DNA from: a virus
IMG/VR virus record: IMGVR_UViG_3300045988_151631
Reading direction: 5' to 3' (one strand)
DNA: 42,177 nt
Shown one piece after another: positions 22,864 to 32,239 of this stretch. The notes below the pieces were generated by a model. It had not been told where the DNA came from. It worked only from the letters and a program-made list of their open reading frames with translations, and searched no databases. Position 1 is the first letter of the stretch. Every line of letters starts with the position of its first letter. The translations under genes were made by a program, and so were the position numbers.

Positions 22864-25800
22864 TTATGCTCCTACAAGCAAGGGACTTGTGCCCGTTCTT
22901 TTCACTTCGGAATTATGCTGTGAAACAACATTCTCATACACAATCTTGCCGTCAAGCGTTACACGGTTATTAACGGTTATAGGCTGTTCGTGTCTCACAC
23001 TCATAACCTCGGACATAACCCTATATACGGCGGCGGCAACGCCCGATGAAACGCCCTCGACGATTTGGTCATTGTTGGCAACAGTTGTGCGGTTGCCCAT
23101 TCTTCCGACCATTTCAGGTATGCCGTTTTCTCTCGCAACAAACATTTCACCGCTTTGCGGGTGTCCGCCTGTCGCATAATAAGATAGTTTGGGAACTTTA
23201 ATTGTAGTGCCCATAAAGTCTCTATCTTCGGAGGTGACTTTTATATTGAGCAGGGACTTGCCGCTAAAGAAATTTTTAATCTTTGTAGTGAAGTTTTCAA
23301 ATTTATCTTTTACTTTACTCCATATATCGCCAATGCCCTCTTTGAGCTTGTCTACAATTGTTGAACCGACATCTTTTGCTTTTTCAACTTTTTTGTCAAC
23401 CCAACTTTTGAAGCTGTCCCATTTGCCTTTTATCCAGCCTGTGAATTCACTCCAACCGTCCTTGATTGAAGTTGTGAAATCGTCCCATGCTCCTTTTATT
23501 TCCTCGCCACATTCGTTCCAACTTTCTTTAATTGAATCAGTAAAGTCGGTCCAAGTTTGCGATATTTCATCTCCAACCGATTTCCAAAACTCATCAACCT
23601 TGTTGCCCCATTCAGTGCATTTTTCTTCAAACCACACACCAAATTTTTCAAATTCTTCACCTATTGAATCAAATAAAACAGTTACAAAGTTGGCTTGTGC
23701 AACAATCGAATTTATCCAGCTTTCAAATATTCCGCCAATATCGAGGCCGTCAAGAAAGTCTTTGATTCCAGAAGTCATATCTTCACCGGCTTCAGGGTCA
23801 GTTATTCCCTCGAAAAAGCCTGCAATTGTATCAAACAATCCTGTGATAATATTATGCAAAAATGCTCCGACTTCTTTCCAATCGATGTTTTTAATTGTTT
23901 CCTTTAGAAATTCGCCGATACTCTTGCCTGTGCCTTTGAAGTCGAAATTAGAAAGGGCAGTGTTTATACCACTTAAAGCGGTGTTAAATCCGTTGGCGAG
24001 GTTTTGCCCCATTTCGCCCCACTTCGTTTTATTGATAAACGCATTGAGACCATTTGTGAGACCCGCAATTTTGGTGTTGACTTTGTTTTTCGTTTCGTCC
24101 CAATCGATATTATTAACCTTGTCGATTTGTGTGTTTAATTTATCGGCTAAGCTTTCGCCAATGCCTGTAAAGTCGGCTTTTTCCCAAGCCTCTTTTAACT
24201 TGTCGGCAAAGCTTGAAACGCTGTCGGTAATGGGCAATGTTTCAAAATCGCCCGTTGGCGTTGTGTAGCTGTCCGAGGCGCTTGTGTTGTCGGAGGTCTG
24301 TGACTGCTTATTAAGGAGGTTTATTTCATCAAAACCGGCAATGGTTTTTTGATATTCTTTTGCGCTTTGAGTGGCTTTGTTCGTTGACGATGAAGTCTTA
24401 TCAAGGCTTGCTGCATAGTCAACTTGCGTTTTCTTTGCAACCGTAAATGTTTTCTGCCCCAACATTCGGGCGAAAAACATACCTACTTTATTTGCGAGGT
24501 TATAAAACTTCTCACTTAACGCATCAGCAATAGGGGCTAATGCATTAAGCACTGGGGCGAGAGTGGTGGCAACAATGTTTTTTACCCACAACATATTAGT
24601 AGCGAGAATAGACATTGTTTTATTGAAGCGTTCGCTTCCTTTAGCCATATTCTGTATGCCCTCGGTCAAGAATGTGCCAAGAGATGAAAATAACCTAAAC
24701 AACCCGCCGTAAACAATGACAGATTTAAACGCTTCTCTGAGATATTGCCCGAATGAGCGGGTGCCTCTTTTGCTTTGCTTAATGTGCGAATTAAGCTTCT
24801 TAAACGCGTTGACAAGCTTTGTGCCTATTGATTTAGAGCCGTCTTTGCCTGCCGTCTTTACATTTTTGATAAGGCTTTTTATGTTTTTAACGGAACTTTT
24901 GATTTTTGAATTTATGCCTGAAAAAGAACTTTTCAGCTTGTTGGCGGCGTGGTATTTGGAAAATGCGCTCGCAACATCTTGCCCAAAAGTCCTCATATAG
25001 CTTCCGGTTTGTTTTGCTTTTGATTTTAAATTTGAAAATGCGTCTTTAAGTTTGACAACTACCGGGAGCTTTGAAACTGTGCTTCCTAAACCTCTTACAA
25101 AACCTTTAACGCTACTGCTCGTTTCCTGCGCTTTTGTCTTTAGCCCTGCAAAGCTGTCTTGAAGTTTGATGACAATAGGAAGTTTCGCCGCTGTACTGCT
25201 CAAATCCTGCGCAAAGCCTTTAATACTGTTTCCAGCTTCCTGTGCTTTTGACTTCAAGCCTGCAAAGCCGTCCTGTATCTTATTCACAACGGGAAGCTTA
25301 GAGGCGGCTGCGCCGAGGTCTTTGACCAAATCCTTAAATCCGTAATCGGCACTCGCCGCATCAAGGTTTTTGTTTGGTGCTGTACTTCTGCGAGGTGGGA
25401 ATTTCTCCTCAGTGTTTTCTCCTTTTTTCGGTGTTATGCCATTTACGCTCTTACTTTCACGCACAAGCCTTTGTGTGGCGCTCGCCGCACTTTCCGCATT
25501 TTTCGCAAGCGTTGCCATAGCGTTTGTAACTTCCATAACACCGTCAGGCAATGTGTCAAACTTTGAAAAGGTATCATAAAGCGTGCGCATACCCTCTGCG
25601 GCTTTGTCGAAGTTTACATTTGATAACTTGCGCAGATTGCGGGATAGGCTGTCTATTTGAGCGGTCTTTTCCTCGTCAAGCAATGAAACGGCGTGTGACA
25701 CCGCGTTTATCGCCTTTGATTGATTGCCAAGGTCGAGCTGTGATAACTTCTTGAAATTACGGGTAAACTTGTCAATTTGTGTGCTTTTTCTGTCCGTTAC

Positions 25801-25980
25801 AGGTTGAGTAAGCGCGCGGATATCACGGGTAAGAGAACTTAAACCCGATAAATCCGAAACGGCGTTTTTTAAGCTTCTCAGCGAGCGAGCGAACTTATCG
25901 ATTTTAGCTTCCGCATTTTGACTTTCTGCGCTTATTTCAATCGATAATTCATCTATCGGCGTATTTGCCATTCTTTTCAC
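22864..25980 (-). CDS. Tail tape measure protein
   Basis: 1038 aa, follows the G/GT pair, tandem about 40-aa repeats (KLPVV.KL.D.F..LK.KA). Confidence 0.9.
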   Translation of the reverse strand: MKRMANTPIDELSIEISAESQNAEAKIDKFARSLRSLKNAVSDLSGLSSLTRDIRALTQPVTDRKSTQIDKFTRNFKKLSQLDLGNQSKAINAVSHAVSLLDEEKTAQIDSLSRNLRKLSNVNFDKAAEGMRTLYDTFSKFDTLPDGVMEVTNAMATLAKNAESAASATQRLVRESKSVNGITPKKGENTEEKFPPRRSTAPNKNLDAASADYGFKDLVKDLGAAASKLPVVNKIQDGFAGLKSKAQEAGNSIKGFAQDLSSTAAKLPIVIKLQDSFAGLKTKAQETSSSVKGFVRGLGSTVSKLPVVVKLKDAFSNLKSKAKQTGSYMRTFGQDVASAFSKYHAANKLKSSFSGINSKIKSSVKNIKSLIKNVKTAGKDGSKSIGTKLVNAFKKLNSHIKQSKRGTRSFGQYLREAFKSVIVYGGLFRLFSSLGTFLTEGIQNMAKGSERFNKTMSILATNMLWVKNIVATTLAPVLNALAPIADALSEKFYNLANKVGMFFARMLGQKTFTVAKKTQVDYAASLDKTSSSTNKATQSAKEYQKTIAGFDEINLLNKQSQTSDNTSASDSYTTPTGDFETLPITDSVSSFADKLKEAWEKADFTGIGESLADKLNTQIDKVNNIDWDETKNKVNTKIAGLTNGLNAFINKTKWGEMGQNLANGFNTALSGINTALSNFDFKGTGKSIGEFLKETIKNIDWKEVGAFLHNIITGLFDTIAGFFEGITDPEAGEDMTSGIKDFLDGLDIGGIFESWINSIVAQANFVTVLFDSIGEEFEKFGVWFEEKCTEWGNKVDEFWKSVGDEISQTWTDFTDSIKESWNECGEEIKGAWDDFTTSIKDGWSEFTGWIKGKWDSFKSWVDKKVEKAKDVGSTIVDKLKEGIGDIWSKVKDKFENFTTKIKNFFSGKSLLNIKVTSEDRDFMGTTIKVPKLSYYATGGHPQSGEMFVARENGIPEMVGRMGNRTTVANNDQIVEGVSSGVAAAVYRVMSEVMSVRHEQPITVNNRVTLDGKIVYENVVSQHNSEVKRTGTSPLLVGA

Positions 25981-26380
25981 CTCCGTAACGGGCGTGCATT
26001 ATTTTTGACAAACTGCACATCCAATCGTACATTTTCTGCTGCGCTTTGGCTTTTTCGGCTTCCTTGTTTTCTTCCTCAGCCGGCTTGTAATCCATATACT
26101 TAATGCCTGCTTTTTGCGCCGCCTTACCGTCTAATGCGTAACATACGGCGCTGTAAACCGCGCTTTCAATACATGCGCCTTGTTGCCAAGCAAGAAAACG
26201 CTCGGTTTCCATATTTCGCTTTTGCTTTATTTCAAAAGCTTTACGATATTGCCGCGCCAACATCGGCGGTTCGTGCCAATATTCGTTACGCGGCATTCCG
26301 ATACTCATATAAAACGGTTCTTCATGTAGGAATAATTCTTTGTATGAGTTGTAGTGAACAGCGTTTATTCCACTGCCCAC
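25949..26380 (-). CDS. Tail assembly chaperone T segment (expressed as a GT fusion by -1 frameshift)
   Basis: ORF in the -1 frame relative to 26365..26697, overlapping it. Position before the tape measure. Confidence 0.75.
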   Translation of the reverse strand: MGSGINAVHYNSYKELFLHEEPFYMSIGMPRNEYWHEPPMLARQYRKAFEIKQKRNMETERFLAWQQGACIESAVYSAVCYALDGKAAQKAGIKYMDYKPAEEENKEAEKAKAQQKMYDWMCSLSKIMHARYGGEKNGKYADR

Positions 26381-26697
26381 TGAACCTCGTTTTTTTCGTC
26401 TGCCTCTTCATCGTTCATAAAGGCATCGCCCACTGCTGAAAATTCGCTCATAATAGCCTTTACAAGCCCGCTTTTATTTCCGCAAGCCTCAACTACCGCA
26501 TAGCGTTCATTCTCCGTTAATTCGGGGTGGTGCGCCTCAAATGCGGTTGTTTCAAGTAGACACATAGTTTTAAGCGGCATATGGTCAAAAGAGTTTTCGG
26601 AGAGCACAAGCCCTTTTGCTTCTGCTTCTAACGCGGTTGCTCTTGTATATTCGAGTTTATATGTTTTCTTTGTGTTCTTATCTGTAATCTTAATCAT
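26365..26697 (-). CDS. Tail assembly chaperone G
   Basis: 110-aa acidic protein between the major tail protein and the tape measure. Confidence 0.8.
   Translation of the reverse strand: MIKITDKNTKKTYKLEYTRATALEAEAKGLVLSENSFDHMPLKTMCLLETTAFEAHHPELTENERYAVVEACGNKSGLVKAIMSEFSAVGDAFMNDEEADEKNEVQWAVE
26389..26395 (-). promoter_or_regulatory. -1 programmed frameshift slippery heptamer A_AAA_AAC
   Basis: GAC GAA AAA AAC GAG in the G frame, 24 nt before the G stop. The -1 frame stays open into the T ORF. Confidence 0.75.
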
Positions 26698-26741
26698 GTA
26701 ATTACCTCCTGCCGCCTAAAAAATAGGCGGCTTTGATTTTT

Positions 26742-27227
26742 TTAAAGTTCGCTGTTAGCTGTTACTGCGATAGGTTCTTCCCATTTAAGGTCGCCGCAAG
26801 GTGTTATGTATGCCGAAGCTTCGAGCACGGCATTTACGCTTCTTGCAGGTGAGCCAAGGTCAACGGGATAGCAGGGGATAAAGATTGCTTTGTTAAGTCC
26901 GGGGGTGTCAACTTGAACCCACGCACAACAATCTTTCTTTTTGTTTTCCGCTTTCTTTGCGCAAAAAGCCTCCCAAGCGGTCTGAAATTCATTTGTAAGG
27001 TTGACGGTAAAGTTGATGTTACCGCCAAGGTCGATAAGTCCGTCAATTGAAGATTTATATTTTTCGTTTGACAAAGTGGTTGAATCAAGTGCTTCGGGGG
27101 CACTGTCTAAAGCGGGTACTTCCTTAATATCGGGAATTTGAATATAGCCCGTTGTGGGGCGTGTGCCTGAGGTGGTTTCCCACGCGTAAGTTACTTTCGT
27201 GCCCGCAGTTGAAATAGCTACACCCAT
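26742..27227 (-). CDS. Major tail protein (TP901-1/phi13-like)
   Basis: 161 aa, position and N-terminal GTKVTYAWETTSGTRPT pattern. Confidence 0.75.
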   Translation of the reverse strand: MGVAISTAGTKVTYAWETTSGTRPTTGYIQIPDIKEVPALDSAPEALDSTTLSNEKYKSSIDGLIDLGGNINFTVNLTNEFQTAWEAFCAKKAENKKKDCCAWVQVDTPGLNKAIFIPCYPVDLGSPARSVNAVLEASAYITPCGDLKWEEPIAVTANSEL

Positions 27228-27232
27228 ATGTG

Positions 27233-27622
27233 TTATATCTCCTTCGTAATGTTGTTTTTGCGAAATCTCGCTACTCTGCGTGAAATGCTGCTGTCGAGCA
27301 GATTATCAACTAACCCCTCATAAGTGCGAATATATCCGCGCTCATTGAATAAGTCACAAATCAGCTCGCATATTTCCTTTGTTTGCTCGTCTTTTTTCTC
27401 TGTATCATTGGCATACACATTAACTTCGTATTCCTCATTTACAACATTTTCTATGCCATCGAATGTTGAATACCTCTCGGCAACTGAATTGTTGGAAACA
27501 ATCGAGGTTGCGGGGAATTGGGGAACATTGCTTGACAAAGTGCAGTCAACAATGTAAATATTTTTTTTATATTTGTCTCGCAATCCGTCCCGCACATATG
27601 CGAAATCATTTGATTTAATCAT
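27233..27622 (-). CDS. Head-tail joining / tail terminator protein
   Basis: Position in the connector block. Confidence 0.55.
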   Translation of the reverse strand: MIKSNDFAYVRDGLRDKYKKNIYIVDCTLSSNVPQFPATSIVSNNSVAERYSTFDGIENVVNEEYEVNVYANDTEKKDEQTKEICELICDLFNERGYIRTYEGLVDNLLDSSISRRVARFRKNNITKEI

Positions 27623-28158
27623 TTCTTGCCCATAACCTTCTTTGTTGTTTCTTTGGCGCGGCGTTTAACCGCTTTGGCTGTGTTATACATAAAGGGTCGA
27701 GCGGGCATGCCCTGTGTAAAAGCTATCAGGTCCCCGCTCTCGGTTTCTTTCTGTGTGATATTTCCGTCACCGAGGGTGCTCGGATACCACCAACCGACTT
27801 TACCGTTGTATTCAGTAAAGTTACCCGTCATATATCCCCAACCGAATTGGCTTGCCTCGGGGTGTGCGTTTCCGCTTCCTCGTACACCCGTGCCAAATTC
27901 AACAAACGGTGCTTTTATGTTGCGAGTGACAATATAGAATTTATTGCCCCTCTGTTCTTTGTGTATGCTGTTTTTAATATCGGTTAAGTTACCGTAATCA
28001 GCCATTGCGGAAATCTCTTTTTGGGCGTATTCAACGCCGTAATCGGCGAGCTTATCGCAAGTCTTTAGTGCCTTATCCGATATGCTTTTTTTGTAGTTTT
28101 CAACTTTTTTTATAGCTTCATCCAAGGAAGAAGCAGACAAGTTTATGCGTATCATCAA
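27619..28158 (-). CDS. HK97 gp10-like head-tail joining protein
   Basis: FVEFGTGVRG motif, position. Confidence 0.65.
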   Translation of the reverse strand: MMIRINLSASSLDEAIKKVENYKKSISDKALKTCDKLADYGVEYAQKEISAMADYGNLTDIKNSIHKEQRGNKFYIVTRNIKAPFVEFGTGVRGSGNAHPEASQFGWGYMTGNFTEYNGKVGWWYPSTLGDGNITQKETESGDLIAFTQGMPARPFMYNTAKAVKRRAKETTKKVMGKK

Positions 28159-28505
28159 GAAGTAGTCACCCGCTTAATGGCATAGCGCACGCTGTTTAGC
28201 GAGGGCAATTTAGCCTTAACAATGTAGTTATAGGGTTGAGTAGGCGGAACGCCCACCCAGAGCCTTGAATTTTCGTCGATAAGGCATTGTTTGTCCGTTG
28301 TTACCATTTCCTTGTCATAGTCCACATCACGCCCGTATGGTTGCATGCTTGCCTCACCCTTGCCCGCAGACACAGAGATGTTGAGCGGTTGCGGTTCGGA
28401 ATATGTAACAATGCTGTTGCCGTTGGTGTCTGTGCCGCCGTCTTTGACGGCTAAAGAATAGTAGATTTTGCTTTGATTGCGTTTTAAATTACGCATCGTC
28501 ATCAT
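28155..28505 (-). CDS. Head closure protein
   Basis: Position in the connector block. Confidence 0.55.
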   Translation of the reverse strand: MMTMRNLKRNQSKIYYSLAVKDGGTDTNGNSIVTYSEPQPLNISVSAGKGEASMQPYGRDVDYDKEMVTTDKQCLIDENSRLWVGVPPTQPYNYIVKAKLPSLNSVRYAIKRVTTS

Positions 28506-28827
28506 CTCCTACGCTTCCTACAACAGTGCCGCGAGGCGTTATCTGCCTGAGCAATGCATCGCTAACATAAGCACTTGAGTATGTGCGCGATACTCCGTTT
28601 TCGCTGTGGGCTACTTCACCCTCTGCACCTCGTTTGCTGTACATTTCTGTTGCAATATCGAGGCACAGAGATTTATATTTCGTGGGTATTTCCTTGCCTG
28701 TTATTTCTTCCTCGAACGGGTAAAGGTTAGACAATATGACTTCCTTAGCCGTTTCGAGCAAATCATCAAGCACAAGCTCGTTATCCTCTTCAGGGATTCT
28801 GTTTCTCAATCGTTCTTTAAGTGTCAT
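28489..28827 (-). CDS. gp6-like head-tail connector protein
   Basis: 112 aa immediately after the capsid gene, acidic C-terminus. Confidence 0.65.
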   Translation of the reverse strand: MTLKERLRNRIPEEDNELVLDDLLETAKEVILSNLYPFEEEITGKEIPTKYKSLCLDIATEMYSKRGAEGEVAHSENGVSRTYSSAYVSDALLRQITPRGTVVGSVGDDDDA

Positions 28828-28850
28828 ATCGTCTAACTCCTTTAACTAAA

Positions 28851-29861
28851 TTAGCCTTTGGTACTTGCGGCGGCAGCAGTTGCTGTTCTCGTCAAGATAC
28901 CCGATTCGGGCGCTGTGAATGTGGTCGCAAGGTTGGTGATTTTTGCGTGATACCATTCGGGGCCGTAATCAAGGCCTGCTTGGCCGTAAATCATATACTT
29001 GTCGCCTGCACCGGACTGCGGCAGCTTCTCAAGGAAGAAATTACCTTTGCCCGGAACGGGTTGAAATACAGGTGCGCACACATTCGGATTAACAAGAATT
29101 GCCGTGCCATCGGGAAGATACTTGCCGAGCGCAATTCTCAAATTGCCGTAAGGCGTGAGAATGGTTGTAATGTTAATGCCGTTGATTGTGTCGCCCGCCT
29201 GTCTAATGGTGAAGCCGTTATCAAGCGCGTCTTTCTGCACCTGCATAAGCTGTGTGCCGCTGAGCAGGGAAACAAGATTGTAGCTGTCGCCGTTAGAATC
29301 GGAAACCGACTTTTGAGCTTCAAGGAGAAGCCAGTAGCCGAGCTCCTTTTTGTTTGCATCAAGCGTGTTTGTGGTAATAGCGTTTACAATGCCTTTTGTT
29401 TTGTTGGCGACTGTTTCGCCTGTGGATTCGGCATATTCACCATTGATGAATGTGTACTCGACATCCTGCTGAATGCCCGCCATTGCCGCTGTTGCCTGAA
29501 AAGCAACTTCATCAATCGGGTTAGCCTGCTGATTAGCTACATTTATGCCGCTCAGCGTGCCCATATCGCTCTGTTTAAGATACGAAACGCCAAAAGTCTT
29601 TTGGAAAATCTGCGTTACATTGTGTTCTTGCGCACGCTTAACAGCGGTAGCGTCGGGTGCGGTAAGCGAATCTTTTTCGCTGATAGCAGGCTGTGTGCCT
29701 GTTGCTGTGGTGTAGAATTGACCCACCGCAAACTTCACATGGTTAGATTGATAGGCTTTGCCTGCAATAAGGGTTGAAAACGGTGTTTCAACATTACCTT
29801 TGTTGAATAATAGACCACTAAAATTAGGGTATGAACCTGTGGTTACAATGTTATCTGCCAT
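28851..29861 (-). CDS. Major capsid protein
   Basis: 336 aa after the scaffold gene, strong SD. Confidence 0.85.
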   Translation of the reverse strand: MADNIVTTGSYPNFSGLLFNKGNVETPFSTLIAGKAYQSNHVKFAVGQFYTTATGTQPAISEKDSLTAPDATAVKRAQEHNVTQIFQKTFGVSYLKQSDMGTLSGINVANQQANPIDEVAFQATAAMAGIQQDVEYTFINGEYAESTGETVANKTKGIVNAITTNTLDANKKELGYWLLLEAQKSVSDSNGDSYNLVSLLSGTQLMQVQKDALDNGFTIRQAGDTINGINITTILTPYGNLRIALGKYLPDGTAILVNPNVCAPVFQPVPGKGNFFLEKLPQSGAGDKYMIYGQAGLDYGPEWYHAKITNLATTFTAPESGILTRTATAAAASTKG

Positions 29862-29864
29862 TCG

Positions 29865-30416
29865 TTAATCCTCCATTGAATCAGATATGATTGATTGCAC
29901 TCTGTCGAGCATTGTGCCTGTCTGCGTGTCGGGAGTTGTGTTTTTACCACCGCCAACGGGGGGCATTGATGTGTCTTTTTGCTGTTTGTCTTTCAACGCC
30001 GCTTTCACATTCTGCTCGTGAGTTTTTAAGTTCTTAAAAAATGTTGCTGTGTCGCCGTCTGCCTGCGCTTTGGCGGTGCTTTTGGCGAGTTCTTCCGAAT
30101 ATCCCGCACTGAGAAATTCGGCTGTGTATGTGGATATAAGCTTTTCCTTTCTCAGCGTATCAAGTTCGGTCTGCAATGCTGTTTGTTCGTCCTTTGCTTC
30201 TTCAGCTTTGCGCGTAGCCTCGTCTAATGTGTCGCGATACTTCTTCTTCCAAGTGGATGTTTCGGCGGTTGATTTGTCGAACATTTCTTTGGAAACATAG
30301 TCTGTTTTAAGCTTCTCGGGCGACACACCGAGTGAAACATCTTTGATTGCCGCTTCAATTTCGGCTACCGTGATTTCGTCCTTGAATTTTTCGCCAAGTA
30401 ATTCTTTAAGGGTCAT
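29865..30416 (-). CDS. Scaffolding protein (DUF4355-like)
   Basis: 183 aa helical, Lys/Glu/Ala-rich, immediately upstream of the capsid gene. Confidence 0.8.
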   Translation of the reverse strand: MTLKELLGEKFKDEITVAEIEAAIKDVSLGVSPEKLKTDYVSKEMFDKSTAETSTWKKKYRDTLDEATRKAEEAKDEQTALQTELDTLRKEKLISTYTAEFLSAGYSEELAKSTAKAQADGDTATFFKNLKTHEQNVKAALKDKQQKDTSMPPVGGGKNTTPDTQTGTMLDRVQSIISDSMED

Positions 30417-30432
30417 TGTGTAATATCCTTTC

Positions 30433-30511
30433 TGCGTTTTTTAGACTTCTCTGTCTGTATTTTGCGTTTTTAAAACTTCTCTGTTTCTTGCGTTTTTATG
30501 ACTTCTCTGTC
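30433..30511. repeat. Three 23-nt direct repeats (minus strand ACAGAGAAGT-nnn-AAAAACGCA) upstream of the scaffold gene
   Basis: Copies at 30433..30455, 30463..30485 and 30489..30511. Confidence 0.85.
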
Positions 30512-30520
30512 AAAAACAAA

Positions 30521-30566
30521 AGAGCCTATCCCCTTGTTAAAAGGAATAGGCTCTCAGGCTCTCAAA
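30521..30566 (-). terminator. Terminator after the endolysin gene plus conserved box A (TTTGAGAGCCTGAGAGCC)
   Basis: 12-bp stem AGAGCCUAUUCC/GGGAUAGGCUCU then UUUUGUUUUU. A duplicated GAGAGCC lies just 5' of the stem. Confidence 0.75.
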
Positions 30567-30573
30567 TATTTAT

Positions 30574-31452
30574 TTATCCGTGATAATCCACAAATCCGCA
30601 TTTTTGCTTGTTTGTGCCGTTTACTTTATATAGCACAAGATACATACCGTCAATTCTACCTAAACAATAGCAGCTTTCGTATTTATCTATGCTACCTACT
30701 CGTGTATCTCTGGCTGTATCAGCATAAACCGTTTCGGGTGTGCTTCCGTTGCGCCAGGTTTTTGATTGAGGTGGAGCTCCGTTCAAGCCGCCAGCGTAAG
30801 CTACAAATCCCGCCTTGTGCGCTTGACCGTTCTTAATCGAATACACAATTAAGTAACAGTTACCTGCCTTGCTATAACACTGAGCCGTGCTCTTTGCATA
30901 TACAGTGCCGATTTTATCCGTGCAATCATTAACCGCATAAACAGTCTCAGCTGTGCTTCCATTGCGCCAAGTTATAGGTGTTGGATAGCTTCCGCTTGAA
31001 GCACTTGAAGTGTTGCCGGAGCTTTGTGCAACCTTGCTTTGGTCTCTCGGTCGGAGCACTCCATATACGCCTGAATATGTGTGTTTAACCTTTTTCACCG
31101 GCTTTCCGTTCCAATTTTGGTCGTATGAATAGAAGCTGCGCGTGTCACCATCGCCTGTGGCTATCGCGATATGGCCTGCGCCGTTGCCTACGGAGCTATT
31201 CCACACAACTATATCACCACGCTTTGGAATGAGCTGCGGCGTATTTTTGATTTTATCGAAGTTTGCTTTGAGTGGTGCACGCAAGGCAAAGTTAATCCAG
31301 TAGAATCGAGCATTGCCCCAGCTTCCCGCCGATATACCAAAAACATCGTGCAGATAAGCCTTAATAAGGTCTACGCATTGCACGCCGTATGCGCCGTCAT
31401 AGTCGGTTGATTTGCCAAGATATTTATTAACAAATTCGGAGTAGTTCATCAT
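30574..31452 (-). CDS. Endolysin: N-terminal CHAP domain plus two SH3b-like wall-binding repeats
   Basis: GAYGVQCVDLIKAY .. GHIAIATG. Duplicated TWRNGST.ETVYA modules. Confidence 0.85.
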   Translation of the reverse strand: MMNYSEFVNKYLGKSTDYDGAYGVQCVDLIKAYLHDVFGISAGSWGNARFYWINFALRAPLKANFDKIKNTPQLIPKRGDIVVWNSSVGNGAGHIAIATGDGDTRSFYSYDQNWNGKPVKKVKHTYSGVYGVLRPRDQSKVAQSSGNTSSASSGSYPTPITWRNGSTAETVYAVNDCTDKIGTVYAKSTAQCYSKAGNCYLIVYSIKNGQAHKAGFVAYAGGLNGAPPQSKTWRNGSTPETVYADTARDTRVGSIDKYESCYCLGRIDGMYLVLYKVNGTNKQKCGFVDYHG

Positions 31453-31718
31453 TCACCCTCCGTTTCGTCTGTTCTCGGTGCTTCATATGTAAGCGCCTGC
31501 GTACTGTCGCTTATGCCCTTTGTGGTTGGGTCTGAAATAATACCGATTGCCGCAGGTATCATAAGAACAAGCGTTGCCGCATTCATGATATCAGTGGCTG
31601 CCACGCTCGTTTTAATGCCGAAAAGGTTAAGAATAGCGAATACGGCTACAATTACGGCTGATATAATACCAAGCCACCAAGAGCCACTTTTTAATCGTAC
31701 TTTCCAGTTGATTTTCAT
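31449..31718 (-). CDS. Holin (phi LC3-like)
   Basis: MKINWKVRLKSGSWWLGIISAVIV, two TM helices, directly upstream of the endolysin gene. Confidence 0.8.
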   Translation of the reverse strand: MKINWKVRLKSGSWWLGIISAVIVAVFAILNLFGIKTSVAATDIMNAATLVLMIPAAIGIISDPTTKGISDSTQALTYEAPRTDETEGE

Positions 31719-31999
31719 TGTTTATCCTCCTTGTGTTCAAGGGCAGAAATTCTGCCCTCGTGGTTGTTGATTTTTTCGCCCTGCTCATCGAGGCGTTCAA
31801 AAATCTGCTTGTGGCGACTTGAAGCCTTGACTTTGAGCTCATCCGTTTCTTTTTCGTTTTGCTCAATTCGGTAAATCAAATTCTTAATTTCGCCGCTGAG
31901 CTGTGTCATAGCGCGGGTGTTCTTAACAAGCGGCGCCGCCACTGTGCCGATGAGGCCGACTATAACAACTACAACGGTGACTATATTCCACTCAGTCAC
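31715..31999 (-). CDS. XhlA-like membrane-anchored coiled-coil lysis-associated protein
   Basis: One TM helix plus coiled coil. Position before the holin as in PBSX xhlA-xhlB-xlyA. Confidence 0.5.
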   Translation of the reverse strand: MTEWNIVTVVVVIVGLIGTVAAPLVKNTRAMTQLSGEIKNLIYRIEQNEKETDELKVKASSRHKQIFERLDEQGEKINNHEGRISALEHKEDKQ

Positions 32000-32226
32000 T
32001 CCGCCGCCTCCTCAATGGGCTTGACTTCGTAATGACGAATGATTTTATCTTTTTGTTCTTCATATGAAGCAACAAGATATTCTTTCGCCTCGTCATACAT
32101 AGGGTTGTTATCATCCACAACATCCTTAAATCCCATTTCGGATTTAAGCAATTCCTCGGTGGGGTTTGCGATAACAATTTTTTTCGGAGCTTCCACAAGC
32201 GCTCCATTTACAAGTTTTCCAATCAT
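31996..32226 (-). CDS. Small fibre-associated hypothetical protein (76 aa)
   Basis: ATG 32226 after AGGAGG, preferred over track start 32307. Confidence 0.65.
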   Translation of the reverse strand: MIGKLVNGALVEAPKKIVIANPTEELLKSEMGFKDVVDDNNPMYDEAKEYLVASYEEQKDKIIRHYEVKPIEEAAE

Positions 32227-32239
32227 TTTTGATAACCTC

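Noticed and set aside
23189-24268. Long plus-strand ORFs antisense to structural genes (23189..24268, 28821..29777, 34939..35595, 22574..23179)
   Set aside because: They mirror confidently assigned minus-strand genes (tape measure, capsid, portal, fibre). They lack SD sequences and have low-complexity Ser/Leu/Pro-rich translations typical of antisense frames.
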